A stretch of DNA of 64,000 nt, taken from the NCBI GenBank assembly GCA_937928755.1, contig CALEZI010000101.1, positions 30,509-94,508 of the forward strand, in the 5' to 3' direction. The position numbers were made by a program, and so were the translations under genes. Source of the DNA: an uncultured Rhodanobacteraceae bacterium. Its GTDB lineage: Bacteria; Pseudomonadota; Gammaproteobacteria; Xanthomonadales; SZUA-5. The notes beneath the pieces are model-generated. The model saw nothing but the letters and a program-made list of their open reading frames with translations. It was not told where the DNA came from and made no database searches. Positions within the stretch are counted from its first letter, which is position 1, and the number at the start of each line of letters is the position of its first letter. Shown one piece after another: positions 1-8,846 of the stretch.

Positions 1-284
1 AACAGCACCCAACCCTTGGACCAATCACTGCTTTCTTGGCAACGCAGACCGTCGTCGCTGGGACACAACACACTGTCGCGGCCGCGGCTGGCGGCTTCGG
101 CGCGTGCGCGCTGCAGACCGAGGATCAGCGAGTTCTTGGCGGTGGTCAGTTGCGCTCTTGCGGTCAACGACTGCCACGCTGGCAGCGCGGACGCCAGCAG
201 GACGGCAACGATGGCGAGCACGGCGATCAGTTCGATCAGCGTCATGCCCTGGCATTGAGCGTGGGACCGGTGATGGTTGTTCAT
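1..284 (-). CDS. type IV pilus minor pilin, FimT/FimU (GspH-like) family; 3' end outside window
   Basis: Not in ORF track (no stop inside window). Reverse translation from ATG 284..282 gives MNNHHRSHAQCQG/MTLIELIAVLAIVAVLLASALPAW. This has a prepilin leader ending in Gly, Glu at +5 and a hydrophobic helix. Later LCPSDDGLRCQ..WSKGWVLL resembles FimT-type pseudopilins. Confidence 0.7.
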   Translation of the reverse strand, partial: MNNHHRSHAQCQGMTLIELIAVLAIVAVLLASALPAWQSLTARAQLTTAKNSLILGLQRARAEAASRGRDSVLCPSDDGLRCQESSDWSKGWVL

Positions 285-361
285 GTTCAGGCTCCGACAG
301 GGGGTGCCGGATACGCTAGGCTGAACACCGCCGGCTGGCTTCGGCAGAGTTCTGATTCGTT

Positions 362-379
362 TGTAGGAAATTTCCTACA
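362..379. promoter_or_regulatory. perfect 18-bp palindrome TGTAGGAAATTTCCTACA in the divergent fimT-like/uvrB intergenic region (candidate operator)
   Basis: Read directly from the sequence. It is AT-rich in a GC-rich context, 78 bp upstream of the pilin ATG and 128 bp upstream of the uvrB start. Confidence 0.3.
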
Positions 380-506
380 GCAGCGGTGATCCGCGGAAGT
401 GGTGGACAGCGTGTCGTGAGCGAGATCCCGTGATCGAGTCGCTTGCCGCCACCGCCGGCAGGGCGGTCTCGACAACCAACAACCCACAACCATCACTGGA
501 ATTCCG

Positions 507-2549
507 TTGTCCGACACATTCTCTCTGCACGCCCCGTTCGCGCCTGCCGGCGACCAGCCGCAGGCGATCGCGAAGCTGATTGCGGGTTTCCACGCCGGTG
601 AGGCGCACCAGGTGCTGCTCGGCGTCACCGGCAGCGGCAAAACCTATTCGATCGCCAACGTCATCCAGTCGATCCAGCGGCCGACCCTGGTGCTGGCGCC
701 GAACAAGACGCTGGCGGCCCAGTTGTATGGCGAGTTCAAGGAGTTCTTCCCGCACAACGCGGTGGAGTACTTCGTGTCGTACTACGACTACTACCAGCCT
801 GAAGCCTATGTGCCGTCCAGCGATACCTATATCGAGAAGGACGCCAGCATCAACGAGCACATCGAGCAGATGCGGCTGTCGGCGACCAAGGCGCTGCTGG
901 AGCGCAAGGATGTGGTCATCGTCGCCACGGTGTCGGCGATCTATGGCCTCGGCGATCCCAACCAGTACTTCAACATGGTGCTGCACCTGGTGCGCGGCGA
1001 CCGCATCCCGGACCGCGAGATCATCCGCCGCCTGACCGAGTTGCAGTACACGCGCGGCGATTACGATCTGCGTCGCGGCAGCTACCGCGTGCGCGGCGAG
1101 GTCATCGACGTGCATCCGGCCGAGAGCGACAAGGAGGCGGTGCGCATCGAACTGTTCGATGGCGAAGTCGAGAACATCTCGCTGTTCGATCCGCTCACCG
1201 GCGAGATCATCAGGCGCGTGCCGCGCTTCACCATCTATCCGAAGTCGCACTATGTGACCTCGCGGCGCAATGTGCTCGATGCGGTGACCACGATCAAGGC
1301 GGAGCTGGCCGAACGGCTGGAGGTGCTGTACGCGGAGAACAAGCTGCTGGAAGCGCAGCGGCTGAAACAGCGCACCCAGTTCGACCTGGAGATGATGGCC
1401 GAGATCGGCTACTGCCAGGGCATCGAGAACTACTCGCGGCATCTGACCGGTCGCGCCGAGGGCGAGGCGCCGCCAACGCTCTTCGACTATCTGCCGGCCG
1501 ATGCGCTGCTGGTGGTCGACGAAAGCCATGTGACCATCCCGCAGCTCGGCGCCATGTACAAGGGCGACCGTTCGCGCAAGGAAACGCTGGTCGCGTTTGG
1601 TTTTCGCATGCCGTCGGCACTCGACAATCGGCCGCTGCGTTTCGAGGAGTGGGAGCGCCGCGCGCCGCGCACGATCTTCGTGTCGGCCACGCCCGGCCCG
1701 TACGAGATGCGCCTGGTCGATGGCAAGGTGATCGAACAGGTGGTGCGCCCGACCGGCCTCATTGATCCGGAAACCGAGATCCGGCCGGTCGCGACGCAGG
1801 TCGACGACCTGCTGTCGGAAATCAACTTGCGCACGGCCCTCGGCGACCGCGTGCTGGTTACCACGCTGACCAAGCGCATGGCCGAAAACCTGACCGAGTA
1901 CCTTGGCGAACACGGGGTCAAGGTGCGTTACCTGCATTCGGATATCGAAACCGTCGAGCGTGTCGAGATCATCCGCGATCTGCGCCTCGGCAAATTCCAT
2001 GTGCTGGTCGGCATCAACCTGCTGCGCGAAGGCCTGGACATGCCCGAGGTATCGCTGGTGGCGATCCTCGATGCCGACAAGGAGGGTTTCCTGCGTTCGA
2101 CCGGCTCACTGATCCAGACCATCGGACGCGCCGCGCGCAATCTGCGCGGCAAAGCCATCCTGTATGCGGACCGCATCACCGATTCGATGCGTCGTGCTAT
2201 CGAAGAGACCGACCGCCGCCGGGCGAAGCAGGTCGAATACAACCTGGCTCATGGCATCACGCCGCGCAGCATCGTCAAGTCCGTGACCGACGTCATGGAA
2301 GGCGCGCGCGATGCCCCGGCCAACGAGGAGGGCGCTGCAGGCGCGTCAGCCAGCGGCCGTGGCCGCAAACGCATTGGCGTCGCCGAACCGCGCATCGACT
2401 ACGCGGCGCTGTCGCCGGAACAACTCGGACAGAAGCTGAAGAAGCTGGAAGACCAGATGTTCCAGCACGCGCACAACCTGGAATTCGAGGAAGCCGCGCG
2501 CGTGCGCGACGAAATCAAGAAGATCAAGGCGCAGGGGTTGCTGACGTAG
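507..2549 (+). CDS. uvrB: excinuclease ABC subunit B
   Basis: 680 aa with a TTG start. Contains PAGDQPQAI, Walker A GVTGSGKT, helicase motifs and the C-terminal UVR domain ([12 protein letters not shown]). Confidence 0.97.
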   Translation: MSDTFSLHAPFAPAGDQPQAIAKLIAGFHAGEAHQVLLGVTGSGKTYSIANVIQSIQRPTLVLAPNKTLAAQLYGEFKEFFPHNAVEYFVSYYDYYQPEAYVPSSDTYIEKDASINEHIEQMRLSATKALLERKDVVIVATVSAIYGLGDPNQYFNMVLHLVRGDRIPDREIIRRLTELQYTRGDYDLRRGSYRVRGEVIDVHPAESDKEAVRIELFDGEVENISLFDPLTGEIIRRVPRFTIYPKSHYVTSRRNVLDAVTTIKAELAERLEVLYAENKLLEAQRLKQRTQFDLEMMAEIGYCQGIENYSRHLTGRAEGEAPPTLFDYLPADALLVVDESHVTIPQLGAMYKGDRSRKETLVAFGFRMPSALDNRPLRFEEWERRAPRTIFVSATPGPYEMRLVDGKVIEQVVRPTGLIDPETEIRPVATQVDDLLSEINLRTALGDRVLVTTLTKRMAENLTEYLGEHGVKVRYLHSDIETVERVEIIRDLRLGKFHVLVGINLLREGLDMPEVSLVAILDADKEGFLRSTGSLIQTIGRAARNLRGKAILYADRITDSMRRAIEETDRRRAKQVEYNLAHGITPRSIVKSVTDVMEGARDAPANEEGAAGASASGRGRKRIGVAEPRIDYAALSPEQLGQKLKKLEDQMFQHAHNLEFEEAARVRDEIKKIKAQGLLT

Positions 2550-2557
2550 TTTGGCAG

Positions 2558-2701
2558 CTGTGGGACCGGGCTTGCCCCGCGAGTTCTTGTCTGGACGAAG
2601 CAAGAAGCTCGCGGGGTGAACCCGCTCCCACAGCCTCGCCGCCAGTCCCGTTGGCGCATCGAACCTGTGGGAGCGGGCTTGTCCCGCGAAAACTCTCGCG
2701 G
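2558..2701. repeat. REP cluster (GTGGGAnCGGGCTTGyCCCGCGA type): inverted pair 2558..2583 / 2607..2633 plus forward copy 2665..2701
   Basis: Same core recurs at 40017, 41606..41723 and 48553..48626. Each unit carries an internal GCGGG..CCCGC hairpin. Confidence 0.85.
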
Positions 2702-2779
2702 AGTAGTACCGCTTCCACATGAAAATCAAAGCCTTGCGGCATGATCGGTGAGACTCACGGTCGCCCCTGCGCTTATTCT

Positions 2780-2937
2780 CGCATCAAACTGGCGGCGACC
2801 ATGCGGACTGCCTTTTTGTCCGCAAAGGACGCAAAGGACGCAAAGAGAGCCAGGAACCAAGGTGTTGATGTTCTGCTGACTTTGCTTTCCTTTGCGTCCT
2901 TTGCGGAAAAACTTTTCTTTCAGATACTTGCGTTATG
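2780..2937. repeat. MITE-like hairpin element, family B (arms of tandem CGCAAAGGA 9-mers), copy 1
   Basis: Arms tccgcaaaggacgcaaaggacgcaaag / ctttgctttcctttgcgtcctttgcgga. Nearly identical by eye to 48396..48555, including flanks cgcatcaaactggcggcgaccatg and ctttcagat.cttgc.ttatg. Confidence 0.85.
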
Positions 2938-2985
2938 TTTGGTGAGGGCGGGCTAGTTCCGCGAGCTCTTGTTTGGCTCCCCCTG

Positions 2986-3252
2986 TTACCTCGGCTCGCC
3001 CGCCACCATCGCGTCGTTCGCAACCGGTGTGCGCTGGTAAACGATGCGCTCGGTCCCGCCATTGCAGCTGCCGACGACCTTGGCCGTGGACTCGGTATCT
3101 GCGGGCACGACTTCCAGCGTGTAGCTGTTGACGCCGTTGGCATCGATCTTCGCCGCGATCTCGTTCTTCAGCTCGGTGCAGTCCTTGCGCGCATGAGCGG
3201 GGGTAGCGGCGACGGCGGTGGCGATCAGGGCGGTGATCAGCAGCAGCTTCAT
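2986..3252 (-). CDS. DUF1161-family small periplasmic protein
   Basis: 88 aa with a signal peptide, then KDCTELKNEIAAKIDANGV..YTLEVVP...VVGSC, the pattern of YnfD-like DUF1161 proteins. Confidence 0.75.
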   Translation of the reverse strand: MKLLLITALIATAVAATPAHARKDCTELKNEIAAKIDANGVNSYTLEVVPADTESTAKVVGSCNGGTERIVYQRTPVANDAMVAGEPR

Positions 3253-3509
3253 GGGGTTCTCTGGTTCCGGTCGAGCCGCCCGATTGGCGGTAGATGCATG
3301 TTCCGGTGTGCGCGTGGCGGATTGATGGCGGCATCAGGCTAGGGCAGGGCGCCCGCGGTGAAATTGCGGGCGTTGCCGATCCAGTACGGGCAAGGCTGGT
3401 GACGTTGCGTTACCAAGTACGAAGTGCTACGTTGATCCTGAAGTCGTCGAAGTTGAACGGGCTCGGCCCTGGTTTGCTTCGTGGGAATTGATGAGCAAGG
3501 AGAGATCGC

Positions 3510-4340
3510 ATGACGCCTGTCAGACTTGGTGCAGCCCTGGTGCTGGGAATGAGCATGTGGCTATTCAGCGCGGCGCAGCCGGCGCAAGCTTGCTCCTGTG
3601 CGCCAGCCCAACCGCCTGCAACGGCATTGGCTGAAGCGAGCCAGGTGTTTCGCGGGACGGTAAGAGCAATCGAGCGGCCGTCGTCCCCCAGTTCCTTCGA
3701 AAACAGCTACCGGTTTGCGGTCAGTGACGTCTGGAAGGGTGAGGTCAGCCCGGTGATCTCGGTGGCGTCCGCCAACAGCGGTACGTTGTGCGGGTTCAGT
3801 TTCGTCGAAGGAGGCGACTATCTGGTCTATGTGGATTCCTCTGGCCGGACATCGAGTTGTGATCGCACGCGGCGCATTGGCGATGCCGCAACTGACCTGG
3901 CCACTCTGGGCAGCGGACAAACGCCGGAATCGGCATCGGCGTCCGTGGTGGCGCGCCACTCGTTGTTCTCTGGCGCATGGTACGACCCGGCACGCAATGG
4001 CGAAGGGGTAATCGTACAAGTGCTTCCCGATGGCAGCGCCAGCGTGTACTGGTTTGGTTATCGCGGGCTGGAGCCCCGCGAACAAACCTGGCTGGTCGGC
4101 GTCGGCGAATTCGACGGCGACGTGCTGCGCATCGTACGGGTCTTCCGGCCGATCGGCGGCGGATTCGGTGCCTTCTATGCGGCGGGGAATGTCGAACTGG
4201 TTGAGTGGGGTGAATTGCTGCTCACCTTTCAACCCAACGGCACCTTGAGGTTGCGCTGGAACAGCACGATCCCGGAGTACGGCAGCGGTACCTTGAACTT
4301 GCGGCAGCTGACACGGACGCCTGCGATTGGCTTGCCCTGA
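3510..4340 (+). CDS. secreted protein with TIMP/netrin-like N-terminal module (mature end CSC...) and unknown C-terminal domain
   Basis: Signal peptide ...AAQPAQA/CSCAP. Then VFRGTV, GGDYLVYVD and SSCDRT, as in OB-fold TIMP-like proteins. Codon third positions are GC-rich. Confidence 0.65.
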   Translation: MTPVRLGAALVLGMSMWLFSAAQPAQACSCAPAQPPATALAEASQVFRGTVRAIERPSSPSSFENSYRFAVSDVWKGEVSPVISVASANSGTLCGFSFVEGGDYLVYVDSSGRTSSCDRTRRIGDAATDLATLGSGQTPESASASVVARHSLFSGAWYDPARNGEGVIVQVLPDGSASVYWFGYRGLEPREQTWLVGVGEFDGDVLRIVRVFRPIGGGFGAFYAAGNVELVEWGELLLTFQPNGTLRLRWNSTIPEYGSGTLNLRQLTRTPAIGLP

Positions 4341-4350
4341 AACCTTGCCG

Positions 4351-4551
4351 TTGTGGGTCCAGGCTTGTCCGGACGCTCCTGGCTCCTGGCTTCTGTGGGT
4401 CCAGACTTGTCTGGACGCTTTTGGCTCCTGGCTTCGATGGGTCCAGACTTTTCTGGATGCTTTCGCCCGAGCGTTCAGACAGCTCTGGACCCTGCACGAG
4501 TCGCTCCTGAACTCTTGAGGAGAAGCGTCCAGACAAGTCTGGACCCACAAG
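4351..4551. repeat. tandem array of REP-variant units (GTGGGTCCAGaCTTGTCtGGACGC): three forward about 42-bp units plus one inverted unit
   Basis: Units at 4351..4393, 4394..4435 and 4436..4467, with an inverted copy at 4520..4551. Each has a GTCCAGAC..GTCTGGAC hairpin. Confidence 0.85.
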
Positions 4552-4694
4552 AGCCACTGTGTCGTTGCCTTTACAGGGCGCCACGCCTGCGGCGCCGCTC
4601 TGCATCCCCGGCGACGCGATGAGGCACCAACAACCAACTACCGCCACACCTATTGGCGAGCCACCAAAGCGCTGCTATAGTCCGCGGCTCTCTT

Positions 4695-4769
4695 GGGCGC
4701 ATAGCTCAGCGGTAGAGCACTACCTTGACATGGTAGGGGTCACAGGTTCGATCCCTGTTGCGCCCACCA
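4695..4769 (+). tRNA. tRNA-Val (anticodon GAC at 4727..4729)
   Basis: Acceptor GGGCGCA/TGCGCCC, D-loop AGCTCAGCGGTAGAGC, anticodon arm CTACC-TTGACAT-GGTAG, T-arm GGTTCGATCC, encoded CCA. Confidence 0.95.
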
Positions 4770-4816
4770 AGAGAGTCACCGGATGTCTTCGCGGTCTTCC
4801 GCAGGCGTGATCTTCC

Positions 4817-6265
4817 TCATCGAGGCGAGCTGCACGCCTGATGACCCGGCACATTCCGGCCAAGGTGAATATCGCGCCGCACCTCCCACACGCCATCGGC
4901 GCCTTCGACTGGTTGTGTCAGGCCGGGACCACCGCGTGGCGCTGCGGGCTCGACCTTGCCAGCGCGCAAGGCATCGTCGGCAAACTCGACATCGTCGAGG
5001 TAATAGGTGCAACGATCGCCTTCAATGACTTGCAGATGGATATGCCGGGGTATTTCACTATCCGGGTAGGCGCCCGGTCGCACGCCGTGGATACGATAAA
5101 CGCCTTCGCTGTCGCTGATCACCCAGCCGCGCAAGCGACCATGCCGACGTGCCGCAGCGCCGATGCCGTCGATCGCCGGATAGTTGCCGTGATGGTCGGT
5201 CTGGTGAGCGTAGATCTGAATGCCGGCTGCCGCTGTGCCATCTGCAGCGAAGATTTTTCCGTGCAATCGCATCGCTTCACCGACTTCGTCGGCAGCGCCC
5301 AATCGTGTGTGGGACATAAGATGTTCGGGACGTCCGTCGAATGCGGCCTCGCAACCGTCGCAGCCACCGATGATCGGAGCAGTGCGGGCCGGATCCACGC
5401 GGAGCAGTTCGCGCTGTAGCGGCGGCTGCGTCAGGGCTAGGAGCTGAACGCGATAGCGCCCGGCTTTCACCGCGACCTGCAAACAACCCTGCTCATCGCT
5501 GCGCGCCCAATGCGGCCTTTGCGAGTTGTCGTCGGCATCGGTGAAAAACACCAGCGCCGTATCCAGCGGGGCGCCGCCATCGTCAAGAAAACATGCCGGT
5601 GCGGCTGCAGTGTCTGCGAGTTGCAGGCGCGCATGCAGGCGTGTGGGCGCGAACCAAAGCGCTCCCTGTGGAGCGTCATGGTCCGCGTCGGTCGTGGGCG
5701 CTTCCGGGTAAAGCCAGTGCAGCAGGCGCATGGCGTACTCGGCATCAGTGAGCAACTGATCGCTCGCGCCGAGCAGATCGTCCTGCTCATAGTGGCGCAG
5801 CAAACGCCTTTGCGCGAACGCGAAAGCACGTGGTGTTGCGCCGAGTGACAGGCCAAAATCGCGCTCTGCATGCTGCAATTCCTGGCCACTGAGGCTCGCC
5901 ACATACCATTGCGGGTGAGTCGAGCTGAGTGCCTCAACCAAGGCAGGCGAGGGCATGGCGCCGCTGAGTATCACAAAGACTCGGTAACGCCGTGAACTGA
6001 GTTGCTCGCGCAGTCTGCGTATCGGTCCGATCAAGCTCGCCGCAGCAGCGAGATCGGTTTTGGCCGGTACAAACAACATCAGGCCGGCGTCGTAGCCATG
6101 TGTGCACATCGGACAGACTTGCCTGCCCGCGTACGCGCCACTCAGATGCATCGGGTCAAAAGCGGGTAAGCCGTCCCAGGTATTGAGTGCCTGCCCGCGT
6201 GCGGGGGCGTGGGGGTTGAGCGCTGCGATGAGCAGAAGAATGGGTAGCAAGATCCAGGTGCGCAT
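4817..6265 (-). CDS. secreted protein with N-terminal CxxC region and C-terminal intradiol-dioxygenase-like domain
   Basis: Signal peptide MRTWILLPILLLIAALNPHAPA, then VCPMC. The C-terminus reads GIQIYAHQTDHHGNY...LRGWVISDSEGVYRIHGVRPGAYP...PRHIHLQV, resembling the protocatechuate/catechol dioxygenase fold. Confidence 0.75.
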   Translation of the reverse strand: MRTWILLPILLLIAALNPHAPARGQALNTWDGLPAFDPMHLSGAYAGRQVCPMCTHGYDAGLMLFVPAKTDLAAAASLIGPIRRLREQLSSRRYRVFVILSGAMPSPALVEALSSTHPQWYVASLSGQELQHAERDFGLSLGATPRAFAFAQRRLLRHYEQDDLLGASDQLLTDAEYAMRLLHWLYPEAPTTDADHDAPQGALWFAPTRLHARLQLADTAAAPACFLDDGGAPLDTALVFFTDADDNSQRPHWARSDEQGCLQVAVKAGRYRVQLLALTQPPLQRELLRVDPARTAPIIGGCDGCEAAFDGRPEHLMSHTRLGAADEVGEAMRLHGKIFAADGTAAAGIQIYAHQTDHHGNYPAIDGIGAAARRHGRLRGWVISDSEGVYRIHGVRPGAYPDSEIPRHIHLQVIEGDRCTYYLDDVEFADDALRAGKVEPAAPRGGPGLTQPVEGADGVWEVRRDIHLGRNVPGHQACSSPR

Positions 6266-6480
6266 GGTCGATCCGGTCGCTTGGCCTGCAGCAACAGAGT
6301 GCGCACGACGGGGAAGTGTTAACCGCGTGGTGCCGCGCGCGATTTGTTGCTTGCGCTGTTAACGTTTTGCGTCGCACGCGTCTCTAATCCCGATCAACAG
6401 ATGTTTGCTGGACAACGCTCGGTCCGAACCACCTTCTCAACCTGAGTTTCGCTATCGATACGCTCGCCCACTCGGTTGCA

Positions 6481-6981
6481 TTGGCGAAAGCCGGAGATCA
6501 GCACGCCTGCGGCGCTTTGTATCGGCGCTACTTGCCGTTGGTGCATGGTCTGTTGCTGGCGCGTTTTCGCCCGGCGATTGCCGACGAGTTGACTCAGGAG
6601 TGTTTCGCCGTGGCCTTTCAACGCCTCGGGCAACTGCGCGATGCGACGTGTTTTGGTGCCTGGATAGCCTCCATTGCGCGTCATTTGCGGAGTCCGGATC
6701 ACGCTCACGAAGTAGCAATGGATGAGCATTTCGATGTCGTCGACCGGACCACCGATCCGCTTCGGCATGCCGAAGCTGCGCACGTGCTGGCGGTCATTCG
6801 CAGCTTGCCCGATGCCTACGCCGAAACCCTGGCCCTGCGCCTTATCGAAGGTTTGAGCGGTCCGGAAATTGCGCAGATGACCGGGCTGACGCCGGAGTCG
6901 GTGCGGGTCAATCTCCACCGAGGCATGCAGAAGCTGCGCGAGTCGCTCGGCGCAGCTGGAGAGAGCAATGCACCGATCTGA
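6481..6981 (+). CDS. ECF-family RNA polymerase sigma-70 factor
   Basis: Region 2 (ELTQECFAVAFQRL..FGAWIASIARH) and region 4 HTH (LSGPEIAQMTGLTPESVRVNLHRGMQKLR). TTG is the first start after the in-frame stop at 6385. Confidence 0.85.
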   Translation: MAKAGDQHACGALYRRYLPLVHGLLLARFRPAIADELTQECFAVAFQRLGQLRDATCFGAWIASIARHLRSPDHAHEVAMDEHFDVVDRTTDPLRHAEAAHVLAVIRSLPDAYAETLALRLIEGLSGPEIAQMTGLTPESVRVNLHRGMQKLRESLGAAGESNAPI

Positions 6982-7972
6982 CGAGCAGGATCCGTTGTGG
7001 GACCCCAAACTGCCGGCCAACGCCGAGTTGCATCGTTTGCAGGTCCTGTTGGCGCCCTATGCGGCGTCGCGTCGGCCTGCTTTGCGGTCCTTGCCGGTGC
7101 GTCCCGGTCGCCTGCGCTGGTGGCTGTGGCCGATGCGTGGATTGGCCGTCGCCGCCGCCTTGATGCTGACGCTGTGGTCGCTGCATGCCTATCGTGTGTA
7201 TTGGCCGGAGGGTGAAGCGTGGCCGCTGCTCAGTGCGCACGCTCAACATAGTCTGGCGCCGGGCGAGCGGCTGCAGACCGGGTCGGGCGAAACTGCACAA
7301 GTACAAGTGGCACGAATCGGCCAGATGCACATTGCGGCAAACAGCGTGGTGCGTTTGATCCAGAGCCGGAGCGGACAGCATCGCGTCGAGCTCGAGTCCG
7401 GGCGCGTGCACGCGCGCGTGTGGGCGCCGCCCGGTCATTTTGGCATCAGCAGCGGTGCGTTGCGGGTTGTCGATCTCGGCTGCGAATTCACCCTTGAACG
7501 GGGCGCCGATGGTAGCGGCAGCCTTGCGGTTCAAAGTGGCTGGGTACAGCAATATCTCGGCGGTCAAAAACAACTGGTGCCGGCAGGTCATGCGTTGAAG
7601 TTCACCGCTGACAGCGTCGATGCGCCATTGCGCTTCGACGCAACACCGGCCATGCGCTCGGCGGTGTCGGAACTGAATCAAGCGCTGCGCACCTCCGGTG
7701 ATGCAGATTTGCATGAACGGCTCGCCAGCGCTGTCGCAGTGGCTGCGCGCGATGAGGATCAATACACCTTGATGAACCTGTTGCTGCGTGCGCCAGCTCT
7801 GGCTGGCGGCGCGCTCTATCCGCGCCTGGCGCAAGCCTTGAAAGTGCCGGACGACGACACTGAACATCGCGCCGCATGGCAACGCGCGGACGCCGCCGCG
7901 ATCGAGATCTGGTGGAAGCGCCTGCCCAGCCAACCCAAACGTTGGTGGACTCACTGGCGCGACGCTTTTTAG
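6968..7972 (+). CDS. FecR-family transmembrane anti-sigma factor
   Basis: Overlaps the sigma gene by 14 nt. One TM segment (GLAVAAALMLTLWSL), then a FecR-like domain (VVRLIQSRSGQHRVELESGRVHARV...VVDLGCEFTLE). Confidence 0.8.
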   Translation: MHRSDEQDPLWDPKLPANAELHRLQVLLAPYAASRRPALRSLPVRPGRLRWWLWPMRGLAVAAALMLTLWSLHAYRVYWPEGEAWPLLSAHAQHSLAPGERLQTGSGETAQVQVARIGQMHIAANSVVRLIQSRSGQHRVELESGRVHARVWAPPGHFGISSGALRVVDLGCEFTLERGADGSGSLAVQSGWVQQYLGGQKQLVPAGHALKFTADSVDAPLRFDATPAMRSAVSELNQALRTSGDADLHERLASAVAVAARDEDQYTLMNLLLRAPALAGGALYPRLAQALKVPDDDTEHRAAWQRADAAAIEIWWKRLPSQPKRWWTHWRDAF

Positions 7973-8012
7973 GCAGGACCCGTGCAGAATCCGGGCGGCG
8001 GCGAGATCGGGT

Positions 8013-8654
8013 TCAGCAAGTTGCCCTGTGGCTCGACGTCGAGCTCCGTTGCCACACCAGGCAACGGTTGTTGGCCGGCATCGCAACATCGGCGATCAGC
8101 CGCATGCCGATCGACGCCGCGAGGGTATCGACGGCGGCCTGATCGCGAATTCCCCGGTGCGGCGCGTCGGCCTTCAAGGCTTGATCGAAGTCGCGGTTGC
8201 TGTCGCTGGTGAACGCGCCGTCGTAGTTGAACGGTCCGTAGATGATCAGGACTGCGTCGTCGGTCAGCACTTGACCGAGCCCGCCGAACATCTGTTCGAC
8301 CTCGGACCAACTCATGATGTGCAGCGTGTTTGCGCTGAAGGCTGCATCGAATTGCGCCTCCGGCCAGATGCCGCCCACGTCCAACGACAGGGCGTCCGGA
8401 GTGTTCGGCAGGCCTGCGTCCTGCAGCCATGCGCGGATGCCGGCGAGATTCTCCGCCCGGTCCGAGGTCTGCCAAAGCAGATGCGGGAATACGCTGGCGA
8501 AATGCACGGCGTGCTGACCGGTGCCGCTGCCGATCTCGATGACCTTTCGGCGATCAGCCAGATACTGTCGCAGCACTCGTTCGATCGGCTCTCGGTTGCG
8601 CTCGGTCGCTGGCGCGCAGGGCTTGAGGTTGGGGCCTGGATTGGTTGGCGACAT
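8013..8654 (-). CDS. DUF938-family SAM-dependent methyltransferase
   Basis: ERNREPI..VLEIGSGTGQHAVHFA..WQTSD...ANTLHIMSW. I prefer ATG 8654 (MSPTNPG) over the track start 8726. Confidence 0.8.
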   Translation of the reverse strand: MSPTNPGPNLKPCAPATERNREPIERVLRQYLADRRKVIEIGSGTGQHAVHFASVFPHLLWQTSDRAENLAGIRAWLQDAGLPNTPDALSLDVGGIWPEAQFDAAFSANTLHIMSWSEVEQMFGGLGQVLTDDAVLIIYGPFNYDGAFTSDSNRDFDQALKADAPHRGIRDQAAVDTLAASIGMRLIADVAMPANNRCLVWQRSSTSSHRATC

Positions 8655-8846
8655 GTCCGCCTGCGTGATCAGCGCGAATGGGGGCGCCGCCTGCAACGCG
8701 GCGCTCGGCCCGTCATTCTCGCCCAATGCGAGGCGTCTCGGGCGACGCCATTACCGTCGCCGCGCAACCGCACCCCGGCGGACCTTCGACAGCCGCTGTG
8801 CGCGCCACCGGGTGGCGTTTACACTGGCCACTGATGGAGGGATCCG

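Noticed and set aside
375-2000. 541-aa ORF antisense to uvrB. Similar long antisense ORFs: 22487..25198 (pheT), 29020..31572 (fadE), 36887..39604 (ftsH/folP), 18436..20253 (thrS/infC).
   Set aside because: Arg/Ala/Gly/His-rich, low-complexity translations lying opposite genes with unmistakable conserved products. These are typical stop-poor shadow frames of GC-rich DNA.
2741-2956. ORFs encoding KDAKDAK / FASFASFA peptides (also 39650..39940, 48419..48838, 22251..22505).
   Set aside because: These are translations of family B repeat hairpins. The similarity between them is due to repeated DNA, not protein conservation.
4351-4551. Tandem repeats considered as a CRISPR array.
   Set aside because: The units abut without unique spacers, one copy is inverted, the core is a REP-type hairpin, and there are no cas genes.
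6317-6363. TGTTAAC direct repeat pair, and a possible ECF -35/-10 (GAACC...TTCG near 6424..6450), as annotated regulatory sites.
   Set aside because: Short motifs without a known consensus match. They are mentioned in a finding but are too weak to annotate as features.
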